64,000 nt of DNA, taken from the NCBI GenBank assembly GCA_013265495.1, contig MU058441.1:310001-374000 (forward strand). The letters are read 5' to 3'. Source of the DNA: Vicugna vicugna (taxonomy: Eukaryota). This document shows, piece after piece, positions 30,024 through 44,487 of the stretch (position 1 is its first letter; each line of letters starts with the position of its first letter). The translations under genes and the position numbers were made by a program. The notes under the pieces are model-generated. The model was not told where the DNA came from. It did no database searches and saw only the letters and a program-made list of their open reading frames with translations.

Positions 30024-33000
30024 AAGCAGAACCCGGAGCTCGTGTGCGAGTGGGCTGTCTGATGCTGCAGGCTGGGTCATGGACTCGGTGCTGAGGGCTT
30101 TGCAGGGTGATGGAGCCTGGTTCTGCTAACAGAGACAAGGAAAGCACCCTCATGCTGAGCAAGTGGCTGAACCCGGGGGCAGCTGTCAGTTTGCCTGAGT
30201 GGGAAACACCCTGGATTTTGTCACTCAACAAAGAGCTTGTATACACGCACGGCCGGCAGTCCTGACCCTGGAGTCCTGGGAATCCCGAATTCTGAGTGAA
30301 GTCCCTGTGTTCCCCAGCTTCAGGTCAATGTGGCTCGGAGAGAAGGTTGGCAGGGAAAGGGTGGGGATCGGAGGAGCAGGGAGAGGAGTCTTCCTGCCAA
30401 CATCGTGACAGCTCCCACCCCAGTGCACACATTCCACCATCTCCCCTACTATGACTGGGTCTCCTGGATTTAAGGGACTCTCAATCCCACCCCAGGGGCC
30501 AGACGGGAATGAGTTTCTGGAACCTTCAGGGAGCAGGAATACAACCTTGAAATGAGTAGCCTTGGTACTCAAGGTTCAAACTGTCTCACACTGAGAGGTG
30601 TTTTTAGTAGAATAATTAACACAGGGCTTTTCTTTTCAATAGAGAAAGATCATTTCAGTTTTGCATGAAAATTACTTCAGATGAAGTATGTGATTATTAA
30701 AATCTGAGAAGTAGATTTTGGGATTTGGGGCTGGGTGTAAGTATTATATACTTGGCCTTGGGGTGGCCAGAACAAGGGCAAAAAGCTTTTCTTTATGCAC
30801 ATAGAAGCCCACATGAGACACAGCAGGCAGGGCCTGCGATCTGGGTGAAAGATCTTGGCTCTTTGCCTTGTCCCAGCCCTGCCACAGTGCGTGCTTCCAA
30901 GCTGGGATTGTGGCTTTATCTGAAACAGAAATGGCAGCTGCTCTGTTTACGTGGTCTTGAATCTCAGAGGTTACTCCTGTACATCAGTATTTCTCATTGG
31001 AAGAATTTAACAAAATACCTGAAATACTCTGGTAGTAACTATTTTTGTTAACTGTGAATTTTGAAGCAGAGGAAAAGGCGTATGAAAAAGCTGAAGCAGC
31101 TGGTTGAGCACTTACTGGGATGTTGTGAAAGATCACAACTGGATGAACTTGAAGGTCCTTTCAGCCTGGAAATCAGCATCCTGCATCTGGAGTTACTTAC
31201 CTGAATTTATCTTGAACAGGTGTCCCTGGTTTGAAGGGCAGCTGTTTGGAGCCAGGGCACCATGGAGCTGGGAATTCAGAACTGTTCTGATTCAGATATG
31301 AATGGATAAAGCCATATGGCTTTCCATTTCCCACCTGAACAAAAGCTGGTAGGTTAGACAGACAGAGATCAGTAACGGGGTCTTTGTCTTCTTACACATG
31401 AAGAACTGCTGTCTGTGGATCTGGATCGAATTTGTTGGCAGGACCATTTTCTGTACTGGGATAGTCTTCCTAATAGTGGCCTCCCCCAAAGGCTTTCAGC
31501 CTGGATGGTCTCAGCCTGGATAGGTTTGCCAAGGGAAGCAAGGAGTCAAAGGGCATTGGCTTCAAAGGACCGGCTCTCTTATTTACACCTGGAGACTAAA
31601 GCCCTGGAAGGAAAGTGGACTTGTCTGAGTTACGCAGGAGGTTGTATCAGAGCTGTTGAAGCCAGAGGTTCTGATTCTGGACCACAGACGTCCCCCTGAA
31701 TGGTTTTTTTTTTCAGGACAGTTATTCAGTAAGTTTGAGTCTGCCTTTGTGGTTGGCGTATGTCAGGGGGCTAGGGCTTTTTGCTCAGATAACTCGTGCT
31801 GACAGTATACATTGTCCCTATGATCGTTACGATGGGTTTAAAATTCAAGTGTGTGCACACACACGCCACGCTACAGTGAATTCACAGGTGTATCAGGACA
31901 TCTTGAATGATTCATGCAGCAGTAATTTAAGGGGAAGGCATGTTCCAGGGATGGAATCTCCCCTACTCAGATAACAGTTTTGGCTGGGACCTTCCCTTTA
32001 GCTAAACTTTGCCTCAGGAAGACTCTATTATTCTAGACATTATGTTGGTATATCTGTTTGGAATAAAAATGGTGCTTACCTTCTTCCCTGGGCTGTGGGA
32101 GAAGGAGTTTGAGGCTGTACTGTGAAGTCATTAAGCTGTTAGAGGGGCTCCTGCCCGAGAGCCCAGTGTTACTGATCTTCCTTTCCTTCCTCAAGGCCTG
32201 GTGAACTATGTCCTTTTGCTCTGGGCGGGGCCCAGGTCGGTGGGCAGTCATCTGGGCCTGTAAGCCACACTCGATTTCTGCATTGACTTACATGTTTTTA
32301 CTGTCATCTTAGTCCCAAACACAGACTTGTCCCCTTGTTCTCATCAAATGTGCCTGATCTGTGCAAATTCTAATTTAAATACTTGTTCTTAATTTAAGTG
32401 TGTGTGAAATTCTATGTTCAAAAAACAAGTCATAAATGGAACAGGAGCACTATAGTGCCTAAAGCATGTCATAAAAACTATAGCACTAAAGCATGTCATA
32501 AAAACATGCTTTCATGACTTCTAATAAATATTTATTTTGCCTTGTTATGATCGTGTTGTGTCCTTGCATTAGATGTGCCACTGTGAAGACTGACCAGAAA
32601 TTTTAGGGTGTTGCTTAACATGTGTGGATAAAGGGAAGGCCACTCTTTGGACCTAAAGCATTATTATCGGTCCCAGCTCAGGGACAGAGTCAGCACACTA
32701 AGGCATGCCACCTTTGTGCACTGTTTAAATCTTAAAGTGCATCATTCCCAGTACCCTATTTGAACCACTGAATAACTCTGGAAGCAATTTGAGTCAAAGG
32801 ACACCCAGAGATTTGAAGTCACAAATCACAGCCTGAAAATGTTACAGGTTCAAGTCACGTGACCCCAAGCAGGGAGTCCTTCCATCACGCTTGTTGGTTC
32901 TTAAATTACTTTGCATGGATGTGAAACCATGGCTCCACCTGGAGACAGGAAGTATAAATCCCTCCTGTCTACCTCACAGGACCTTAAAGAAGGGCAATAA

Positions 33001-36000
33001 GAGAATGGATATGAAAGAGCTGATTTATTACTGCCATTACTGCCCAACATACAGGTATATACACTTTTTCATTCTTTTGAGTTATTTCAAAAGGATGGCA
33101 GTCCTCATCTTGAATGCCAAGATGCTGAGGTGTCTTGAGGGGTTGCAGAACTGGCAAACAACTTATTACTAAGTGATATGCGATATTTGGTCAGTTATTT
33201 ACCTAATCCAAACGATTCCCAGAATAACATCCTTCCCTGGGATGTGTCTCCTTGAGTGGCAAAGAAATGGAAATGGTACACAGTCTGCATCCTAGCTCAC
33301 ACAGGCTTCAGCCTATAAGCTAGGGATGTTCCATCCATGGAAACATTCTGGATGGACTGATAGGAAAAGGGTAGAAACTCCTGTCACAGGATATACTCTG
33401 GGAGTGGGATGCCCAGGTCAATGAGGATGAACAGTTTTATGGCTTTTGATATTGTGAAAAATTACCTTCCAAAAGGTATTTTGCAATTTTTTCAGCCTTT
33501 GAGATTGTATAGTTCCCTATTTATAAAGCTCTTTCATTCATATTGGTTATCTTACTATATGATTTTATAGGTGGTTTGATGATTATTATATCTCCACTTA
33601 ATAGGTGGGGAAATTGAGACTTGGAGAGAGACGGAATGCCAGGTAAAGGTCACAGTGCTTTTTCCTGGGCCAAGGATCCAGGTTCTCTGAAGTGTTCTGC
33701 TAAGTGCTAGGCCAGTCACATCAATGAGCTTGTATAACAGGGGGGTTTAGCGTAGCCTGGGTCACATTTAAGATTACACGTCATCCAGATAAAGGGTAGT
33801 GTGAGGTAGGACAGAGTTTAAATAAGAGGGAAACACATCGGCAAAGACCCCGAGGTAGCAGGGAGCTCGGTGCATTTGAGGATGGAGAAGTCTGTGTGGC
33901 CAGATCGCTGGGAACAGGGGCTGGAGAGGTGGGCGGAGGCCAGGCACACAGGACTTGCCCAGCTGTAGGGAGGCTTGGAGGTTTCATACCAAGGGTTAGG
34001 GGAAATGACTAAAAGGTTTCACACAGGGAGATTGCTGAATGTGAACACTTCCTTTGTTGTTGTTGTTGCTTTTTCTATAGGGTTGCTGGCTTAAAACGGT
34101 GTATTTTTCCGCTCACCATCATTTGGGACATAGTAACAGTCTGAAGAGTGTGAAATGGAGTGAATTCCACCTGGGAGTGATGGGGATGCTCAGGAAGTGA
34201 CTGGGAAAGAAGGAAAAAAGGCAAAGAGAAGGCAGGGACATTGGTAGAATATGAAGCCATTTCCATAGAGGAGGAATGGCTGAGCACACTCATTTATTCA
34301 GCTGAACTTTATCAGGAACTAATTAGATTGCAGATACTGAAAAAGACACTGGTCATACCCTCAAGATGGGATGGACAAGAGAGGGGCCAAGGGGCAAGCC
34401 AAGAGAGGCTTTACAGATGAAATGAGGGTTGAGTTGCATTTTGCGAAAAAACAGGAATTAGCTAGGGTAAGGTCTGAGTAGGGGTGAGGTAGGGGAGGAA
34501 GGGAAGAGAAGGAAGAAAATTCTAGGTGGAAGGGACAGTCTGTGTGAAGACATATAGAAATAAAACAACGTGACACCGACTCCACAGAGAGGACTTGAAG
34601 GCAGATGAGTCTAGAGAGCTTGTGAGGAAGGGAGGCACAGTTCATAAAGGGCCTTTTGTGTGAGGAATTTGAACTTGAATAATTTATTATTCCGTGCTAG
34701 GCACTGTGGTACGTACTTATATGTATTAGCTCACTTAATCCTCACAATCATCTCATGAGAGGGGCGCTATTATCATGATTATCCCCATTTTATAAATGAG
34801 AAAACTGAGTCTTTAGACTGAAATAATCAAAATAAAATAAAACAAAGTGGCTAAAGTCACACAGCAATGTGTTGCAGATTTTTTTTTAAAAATCACATCT
34901 ATTTAGAAATTCTAAAGACTATATAGAGTCAGAGAGAATTAGACTTGATAGAAATAATCAATATAAAATCTGAAACCACAGTGGTCTAAGTTGCACATTG
35001 TAAATTTTGTTAACTAAATTTTGATGGAAGAATAAAGTATTTTTGCCAAAAAATACGTCTGGAAAAAATCGACCCAGGAAAACTGAACTTGGACATAGAA
35101 CACAAAGGAAGGAATACGCACAGTTGGAGAAGGAAGCCCAGTAAAACTGGTTATATACAAGAACTGATTGATAAATTGGAGTTTTACTACAGAATTCAGA
35201 AGAAAAAGAGTTTATTCTAGTGAAAATAATTTTGGGAAAGTGCAAATATAAATGTCGAAAATTTAGAAACACTTTGTGTGCTATAGAACACATTATGGAA
35301 TGAAATTGGCTCAGTGGGATTTGCTTTGATAGAATGAAACTGTCTACATATATGGTACAGATAATGTTAGTATGATTTTGGTAAATATATTTGAAACCGT
35401 AAACATGGGTTCCTTGGGGTCCAAATGATGGGGTAGAAATTTTCTTTACTTGGCTGCTGTGGCCTAAGAGAGGAGGGAGGGAGTCTCCTGTAGGGGCTGG
35501 AGAGGGACAGAGAAAGCGTTTTAGCCCGAGGACCTCTGAGGAGGATAATCATGGGAGTGAGGTATTTGGGCCTTTAGGACACGGGGGAATTCTTTAAAAT
35601 AATGTGTTTGTGAACCAGAGACATAGGTTCGGGTCACACTTCCACTAGTGTCCACTGCCCTCTGCTGTTTCTGTCTTTACCACCTATGCTGCTGGAGCCC
35701 AAAGACTTCCTCACATGCTGGTTGGGAAGAAAGGCAAGCTCATTCTCTCAAAGCAAGAAGGGAGGGCTGGGAGGAATGTGCCTCCCAAGTTGGGAAGGAA
35801 TGTTAGCGCTGGTGGGGGCCTGTGAGACTCTGTAGGAAGCTCTCTGCTCTCTAAGGTCAGCGCAGCACAAGTGGGTGGCCACCGCAGCGATGCTCTGTGT
35901 GGGTTACTGCCTGTCGGTGGACAAAGGACCATTCAGAGTTTCTGGATTTGTTCAAAATGTCACCTTTACAATCAGCCCTCATTTCCTGTTCACATTTCAT

Positions 36001-36524
36001 CTTCAAAAGAGCATCTGCAAATCTACAGGTATCATATCTACTGCTAAAGTTTATAGACTGGATCCTTAATAATTTATCATTAATTCAAATCTGAAAAAAT
36101 TTAAAATAACGAGTTGGCACAATTAGTTTCTGGTAGCATTTTTACACTACTTGAAAACATACAACATTCAGTTCTATGCTCAAGTTAATATCTCTTTTTA
36201 TACAGTATATATTTCAATGTTAAAATTTGAACTTAAAGGCTGTTTACTGAGAATGTTAACTGTCAAAGTATAAGGTACAAAAAGCTATACAGGAATAAGA
36301 AAAGCACTTCTTTGAGTAAGTTGCATACATAAAGTACAGTATCTTTAAAAGATATTCATTGATTGATTCATGCATTCAAGAAATTTACCTGAATGCCCAC
36401 CATCTGCAAGGCACTGGGCTAGATGCTATGGATTCGGTGATGAATAAGGCACAATCTGGTCTCCAAGAGGTTACAAACTAGAACTTTTCTAGGTACCCTA
36501 TAACAAATGAGCTATAAGTGATTT

Positions 36525-36725
<201 letters not shown>

Positions 36726-36840
36726 TCAGGAGACAATTAAAATACATAAAAGTGCATTAGGTTTTCTCCTACTTTAAAAATTTAATGTCAGGTTCTATAC
36801 AACTAAAATCATAGCATCGTCTTCTTTAAAAAGAGATACT

Positions 36841-36940
<100 letters not shown>

Positions 36941-38539
36941 TCAGGAGACAATTAAAATACATAAAAGTGCATTAGGTTTTCTCCTACTTTAAAAATTTAA
37001 TGTCAGGTTCTATACAACTAAAATCATAGCATCGTCTTCTTTAAAAAGAGATACTTGAGAGGCATATGAGTGATCTGACCAAACTGAGACTGAGCAATTG
37101 ATTTTGGCAGTGGTATTAAGAGTTCCCCTTTTTATTTTTATAACCGACAACATGTAATTAGAGTTTGCTTCAATACTGTTTGCCTTGAATGTTGCCAAAG
37201 AGATTTATAATATTAAAAGGCAAAACAAAATGTGCATCTCCTTAAGGGCATATTCTAACTCTTGCTAGCTGAAGTTAAATTCTGCTCAGTAGAATTGAAG
37301 AAATATCCATTAAGAGCCTTCTGTGTATAAGACATTCTACTGTTGGGGATAAAAAAATGAGTGACATTGTGCCTGCACACTAGGAGGTTCTACTCTGGTG
37401 GGGACTGGTGGGAGAAGGTGGGAGCGGGCTGAGGAAAGTCTAAGACAAGGTGGGCGTTTTCCATACGTGTCCCCACATTGTAATAACGGAGTTACCTGAG
37501 GGGTCCCCACCAAGGATTTGGACCTGTGAGCCCGCCCACACCAGTGCTGCCACACCACAGGAACCCTAGAGCAGCTCTTCTCAGACTTGGATGTGCCTGC
37601 AGTTCATCCAGCGATCCTGTTTGTCTGGACCCATAACCAGGTCCTCACCTGAGTCACTCGCTCAGGGTCTAATGGCTTCTCCGTTCACTCCCTACTCTCC
37701 AGACACTGTTCATCCTGCGGTTCCTCAAACACTGCGAGTTCGTTCCTGCCTCAGAGCCTTTGCACTTGTTTTCCACGTGGCTGACTTCTCATCTTCCAGG
37801 TTCCACCTTCAATGCCCTCATCTTAAGAAACGGCATTTTCTGACCACGCCATCTAATGAGGAACCCTCTGTTAACTGCTACTGTATTATTCTGTTTATTT
37901 CTTTCATAGCACTTATTAAAATTTGAAATCATGTGACTTTTGTATTATTTACTTACTTATTCATGGTCTGTTCTCCCCTTATTAGTATGCAAGTTCTATC
38001 AGAGACCCTGCCTACCTTGACTCTCAGGGCCCAGGACAAGCTTAGTAGTTATTCAAACATATTTATTGAAAGAATCAATCAATCCCTCCTGCAGAATACT
38101 GAGCCATTCCTTATTGTCTACCAAAACTATCCTTTCTGGCTTTGAAGACCTACCACTAGCCCTGTTTGTGACTGACTTCATTCATCTCACCTCTGCCTCC
38201 GCATGATGATTTTTGTGTTTCTCACGTATGTCTTTGAGGAATATGAAACTTAAACAATCCTGTGTTGTAGCCAGTTATGACATCATCACCTTGACCTCTG
38301 GTTTTTGTACTTGTAATTTTTGTTACTTGTAGGGCTTTCCTCCCTTCTCTCCCTAGACCTTTGCCTTTCTGTCCTTTCAAACACTGCCTAAGGCTCCTTC
38401 TTCAGGTTTCCATCTGAGTCCCACTAAGGTACAAGGCAGGATTTGCTCCACTAGACTGTGTTTTGGGACAGGCTATTTTATTAAGTTGTAAGTCCGAATG
38501 ACTATCATTAGGGTCATTAAATAGGAGTTTGAACTGGAT

Positions 38540-38670
38540 CAGTGCTTTTCCACTCTAATTATCCAGACCAGTAAGATCAGATGATCCCAGATTGGGAGCC
38601 TGGCATCATTATCTTTTAAAAGGCTCTCTAGGCAATGCGCAGCCAGGGTTGAAAGCTCCAGACTAGACGA
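38540..38670. mobile_element. MER5-type hAT MITE relic (similar relics near 8800-8980, 14170-14400 and 58955-59140)
   Basis: cagtgcttttcc...aaaaggctctctaggcaatgcgcagccagggttgaaagc resembles MER5A as recalled. Confidence 0.4.
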
Positions 38671-39445
38671 TCCATCAGGACTTTTCCATTTGAGTCCTGA
38701 GGGTGTGCAGGGTACTCTCAATGGGGATGGATGTCTTAGCTTTTGGGAACCTTTGCTTCCCCCTGCTTTTACCTTTTTCTTTTCCAGATTTAAACCTCCT
38801 ATACTCTCCCTCTCTCCTACTTTTCTTCCCCTTCACTATGCCATTATTGATCAAACCGGACAAGGAGCAGATACTGGGGTTCTGAGGAGTCAGGAAATGA
38901 CAGCAGAAAATGTTCCAGAGAAAGAGGTTCTGATTGCTCTGCTCTAACTTATATAGTAGTGCTCACAGGGAGGGGGTGCGATGTGGCTGGCTGCACAGAA
39001 CATTAGTTCTGGATCTGCTGTCAATAGCTATATGGCTATGGGAAGGATCTAATTTCTGAGCCTCTGTTTTCTTATGTTAAAATAGATGTAGTAACTCCTA
39101 GCCATTGCACCTGGGCAGGAATTTCACCTTCTCTGACCCTCACTCCTGATCATTATTCTGCAGTAACATCTGGTTTTCTTCAAGACCACAGCTTATACCT
39201 CAATACACCTAGACTGTAAATTCCACAAGAATATAAACCATGTCCACTGATGTATCCCCAGGGCCAGCACAGGATATACTCAATAAATATTTACTGAGTG
39301 ACCATCTGAACACCTTACCTACACTGCACAGTTTATGAGAACATCAAATGAGCTAATGTATGTAAACTGCTTTATGGACTTTAAAGTTCTACTCAAAGGT
39401 AGGGCATCATTATTTTGAATATTTAAAAGAAGTAGTAAATGTTAC

Positions 39446-39555
39446 CTGCAGTTTAGGGTGGATAATAGCAGCAATTTCTCCACTTTTGTTCCTGGGATAA
39501 TCAACTTTCTCCATTATTTTATAGACTTCAATAGCACAGGGAGGAAATTCTTTTC
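39446..39555 (-). CDS. ASPA: Aspartoacylase exon 5
   Basis: [41 protein letters not shown] boundaries; 110 nt. Confidence 0.96.
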
Positions 39556-40969
39556 CTATGGCAAAAACAAAATGTGTAAGTAGCAAAAAAGAAAAAAAAA
39601 GTTCTGAAGAAAGGGAACTCGATATTTTAAAGAAGGTACAGTAATAACCAAAAACTGAATTTTCAAGGAGAACACACTTCCTTTTTTTGCTTTTAAATCA
39701 TTTTATTGTGAAATTTAACGCTCAGAAAGTACATAAAACATAGTTTAATGAATTATAAAATGACTACCCATGTAACTATCACCCAGGACAAGAAACAGCA
39801 CACTGCCAGTATTCCAGCATCCCCTGCATGCCTCCTTCCCATCATAATCCCATCGCCTTCCCACCTTAGCAGTAACCACTAATTTTGGTAATGACTCTCT
39901 TGCTCTACTTTATAGTTTCACCACCTATTTCTGAATCTTACACAGTATAGTTAAGGTTGCCTACTGTTGAATATTTTACAAATACTATCAATCACTATAT
40001 GCACTTGGTCTTCTGAAGATTAACTTTTTGGGAAGATTCATCTATATTGTGGTATATAGCCACTGTTCGTCCATTTTCTTTGCAGTATAGTATTCCACTG
40101 CAAGAAAATGCCATAATTTATTCATTCTTTCTAGGGTTTATGGACATCTTGTGTGTTTCCAGCTTGGGCCTATTAAGAAGAATGCCATGGGCTTACAGGG
40201 CTTCAGGCAGAGAGCTGCTCTGCCACCACCACTGAGACACTTTACCAGATCATCTTCCTGATGCTCGAATGTCCCAAGCTAAAGCTGAAAAAGCCGCCAT
40301 AGATGCAAGTCATTGGACACAACAGTCATTGCTCCAGTGTTATCTTAATTTCATTATTGCCAGAGTTAACTAAAATGCCCTATGACTAATGATCACAGGT
40401 CCCAGAGGCCTTTAGCTTTCTTGGTAGACAACAGAACTTACAAAGCCAGTGTGGAAGAGAAAGTGGCTAGGTCTGGGAGTCAGGATAATTGGGCTCTTAT
40501 CTCCTGGCTGTGTACTTGAGCAAAATGCGTAACTTCTCGAAGCTTACGTTCTTTACCAGACAAACTAAAGTTGCGCATTAGTTTATCTTGAAGGGCCCTT
40601 TCAGCTCTGACATTCTATGATTGCATAACTTCAAGAGGATGTCCAGCAGGTTAGGTGACTTCAGCATTGTGCTCCTTCTCTTAACTAAGTAGGTTAAACA
40701 TCTGGATAGCTCCTGAGCAGTGAGACACTAGGATGCAGGCAGTGGAGTGCAACTTACAAAGGCACAGCAACATTAAACAACCCAATGCCCAAAAACTTGG
40801 AAAAGGAGTAGTTTACATTATACCAGGCAACTTCTGAACAAACAGGATGAACTTCCATCCAACGGAGAGCCCACAGTGTGCTGTGCTTGCAATCCAAAGA
40901 AAATTCTTCCTTTGCCCTTAGAGCAGAAAGTGCAGCTGGGGTTGGAATGTCGATATAATGTGACCACTT

Positions 40970-41490
40970 CTGTGTCAGTTAGCTTTTGCTGCAAAACACA
41001 CTACACCAGAACTTAGTGGCTTAAGACAACAATCCTCCAATTAGCTCATGCTCTGTGGGTTGGTTGGGCAGTTCCTCTGGTCTAGGCTGGACTGGCTGAT
41101 ATCTAATTGGCTTGCTCATGCATTAGCAGTGAGCTGGCAGGTCAGCAGGAGGCTGGGTGCTCTAAGATGGCCTCACTCTCATAGCTGGTATTTGACTGGC
41201 TGTCAGCTGGAGCTGCAGGACCACTGGCCGAGGTGTCTCAGTTCTCAGCCTCATAACATCTCATTATCCAGTGGGCTAGGGTAGACTGACTCACATACTG
41301 GCAATGCAGGGTTCCCAAGGACAGCAAGAGACAAAGCCTTGATTGCAAGTTCTTTTCAAACTTCTGTGGCACAAAACATGCCACATGGCCAAGGCAGAGT
41401 CAAGTGGTAGGGAAATAGACTCCACTGTTGAGGGGACACAGATGCAGGGAAGGAAAGAATTTGTGGCTATTTTTACAATTTGCCACACTT
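40970..41490. mobile_element. MaLR (MLT1-type) solo LTR relic; boundaries approximate
   Basis: Starts tgtgtcagttagcttttgctgc...acttagtggcttaagacaac and ends tggctatttttacaatttgccaca, typical MLT1 termini as recalled. Confidence 0.55.
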
Positions 41491-43492
41491 TCCAAGATGA
41501 AGATGGGAACTGATCAGATATCATCTCTTTAAACCAGAAGGTCCGTTGGGAGGAAAGGAAAGAGTGGTAGAACACAAAGGAGTGTTTTTTGCTACTTAGA
41601 ATCTCAGAGCTAGAAGGAGTCTCAGATGCCCAGCTTCCAGAGATGCTTGAATATTCTCCACATCTTTCTGGCCAAGTGGTCATCTTGCTCCTGCTTGAAC
41701 AACTTTATAAAGTGTGGTCCGTTTCATTGTTGGTCAGCTTTGTTAATTAGACATTTCTGTCTCTAGGTAACATTATTCCACCGATTCTAATCTGCCCTCT
41801 GAGTCACAGAAAGGATGCCTAATTCTTTTCCAATATAACACTTCGAAAACTCTAAGATAAAATCGGCCTTAAGATTTTTCCTAAGCATCTCTAAATTCTA
41901 TCAATGACCGCTCTTCTATTGTCACACTCATGAGGATACACGTGAAGGTATCTTTGGGATTATTCTTATTATATTTCTCAAACTTCAACATTCTCAACTG
42001 CCTCCTCAGCTAAACTCTACTTTATAGACATTCCTCCTGAAATACAGACTAGGAATTTCTTCACAGGTCTCCAAGCATTGTTTATCTAAGGCAGCAAAGA
42101 GACCGTCACTTCCCTCATTCTGTGATTTTTTTAACATGAAAGTAAAATTTTGTTTCTGATGTACTTTAATTTTAAACATTTGGTTTAGATTAATGTTAAA
42201 GCCTGTCAGGACTTTTTGGATCCAACTTCTGATCTCAGATATTTTCCTGCTAGCTTCCTGTCACTTATCACTTACATAAGCATGTCATATATGTCCTTAT
42301 CCAAGTCACTAATAGTAATTTTGAGTAGCACACAGCTAAAGACAGAGCTCTTCTACACATTTCTAGAGACTTTTTCAGATGGTTGCCAGCATCCTTTGGA
42401 TAACGGTGCTTTTTCCATGTTAGTTAAAAATCCATCAAACTGGATAGTCTAAATTAATAATGGTTCAAAAGTTTTGAATTGCAGAATCCTTTCCTTAAAT
42501 GAAATGTTACAAGGATAAAACAGACACAACTGCTCTGGCTGAAGGAGGAGTGGGGGTCGTTGTCCTGGAGCTACCAGGGCAGCTACTAAATCCCCGCCCT
42601 GTGGCAAGAATCTATGGATTGTGATTTGAAAACCATGTTTTTGAATGTATGTAAGTTATTCCTCAATAAAAACAATGTCAATTATATAAAGAAGAAAAAA
42701 AGCAAAAGAGTAAATAAAATTTCTGTACAAACAGAAAGACACAAACAAAAAAAACCATGTTTTGATTTTTTTTCAGTCAGGTTTGTGGCCTTCTACCTGG
42801 GTGCATTGTTTCCTTACATTCAACACACTTACTATTCCAGGGGTTTCTTGTGAATAAGTGATGACCTTCCCAACACCAGGCTCATCAGACAGTATAGACT
42901 CTGTCCTCAGACAAAGGGGGTAAAATCCTGATTTTCAGTCTTTGTGACTTTGGGGTCAAAGGACTTCCAAGCACAGAAGAAATTCCTGTGATCACAGCAG
43001 GAGGTTAAGGAATTACCCTCTCCATAGGCACTGAAATATTCACCAGCTTTGCCGCCATATAGACCCATTCCTCAACAATAATTTCACTTCAGCCTGTCTG
43101 AATAATTATTTATATGTCACTTTGATTTTGTCTTAATCATAATTCTTAAAAGATTTAAAGTAAACTTACTTTTTAAAATAATTAATACGTTTCTTGTTTT
43201 GTTTTTTGTTTTGTTTTGTTGCAGTTTTAGGTTCATTAAATCAATGAGCAGACAGTACATAGAGCTCCTTATACCCATCTCACCATGAGCCCCCATTTAA
43301 CTATTTGTAATCACACAAATAATACATGAATACGTCATTCTTCTTGAACACAACTAAAACAAAATTAACTTGATCTTCCCCTCCTTTCCCCAGTAATCAC
43401 TATTATCAGTTTGGTGTTTTCTCCCTGAACTTTTCCTGTGTAGTAACATATATTTATATATATTCTAGCAAGTGTTTTTTTATTTTTTATAT

Positions 43493-43523
<31 letters not shown>

Positions 43524-44075
43524 TTTTGAACCAAATTGGTGTAACATATATTTTGGTCTACAATTTGCTTTCTTTCAGTGGACAATGTAGTTTGAAGATC
43601 TTTCCATGTTGGTTTACTTAACTAAGTGATGGATATTCGCATCATTTCCATTGTTTTGCTGTTACAGACAATGCTTCAATAACCATCCTTGTATGTAGCA
43701 TGTCGGTATGCATGTGCTTGTGTTTCTTTGAGATGTGGAATTGCTATGTCACAGAATTTGCACATTTTAGAAAGTGGATACTGTCAAATTATCCTCTAAA
43801 GTGTCTTTACCAATTTACATCAGCAGGGAAGGAGACTATCCCCTTTTCTCACACCCTTACCAACACAATATTATCAGATTTTAATATTTTCCCAATCTAA
43901 TGGGAGAAAATGATTTTGCATTTTAATTTGCATTTTTCTGATTACTACTGATACTGGACATCTTTTCATCTCTTTATTGGAATTTGTAATACTTGGTAAT
44001 TCCTTGCTTTTTAAAATGGAGATTAATAGGAAAATGAGGATTTTGTTTGGGGAGCTTTATTTGGCAGCTGTTTTT

Positions 44076-44114
44076 CTTGGAAGGCAGCTATGCTAACCAC
44101 TATGCCACCAACGC
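44076..44114 (-). pseudogene. 5'-half tRNA-Gly(TCC) retrocopy flanked by 17-bp direct repeats
   Basis: Minus strand GCGTTGGTGGCATAGTGGTTAGCATAGCTGCCTTCCAAG; repeats ggcagctgtttttcttg at 44063-44079 and 44121-44137. Confidence 0.85.
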
Positions 44115-44343
44115 AGAGTCGGCAGCTGTTTTTCTTGAATGTGTCTACATTGGTAATGAAGGAAGACCGAAGTGAATACAAATTTTTAAAAAGCACCTAA
44201 TATCATGGACATGGCAAATATGACTTAGATTCCAATTGCTACTTCAATGTGTAGCAATTAAGTTGTTAATGTGTGCTCCATCTCATCTATTTCTGATTTT
44301 TTTATTCACACAAGCCATCAGTTAAAGAAACACTTTCTGCCTA

Positions 44344-44487
<144 letters not shown>

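Noticed and set aside
44076..44114. Functional tRNA-Gly gene
   Set aside because: No T-arm, B box or 3' acceptor strand; only the 5' half is present
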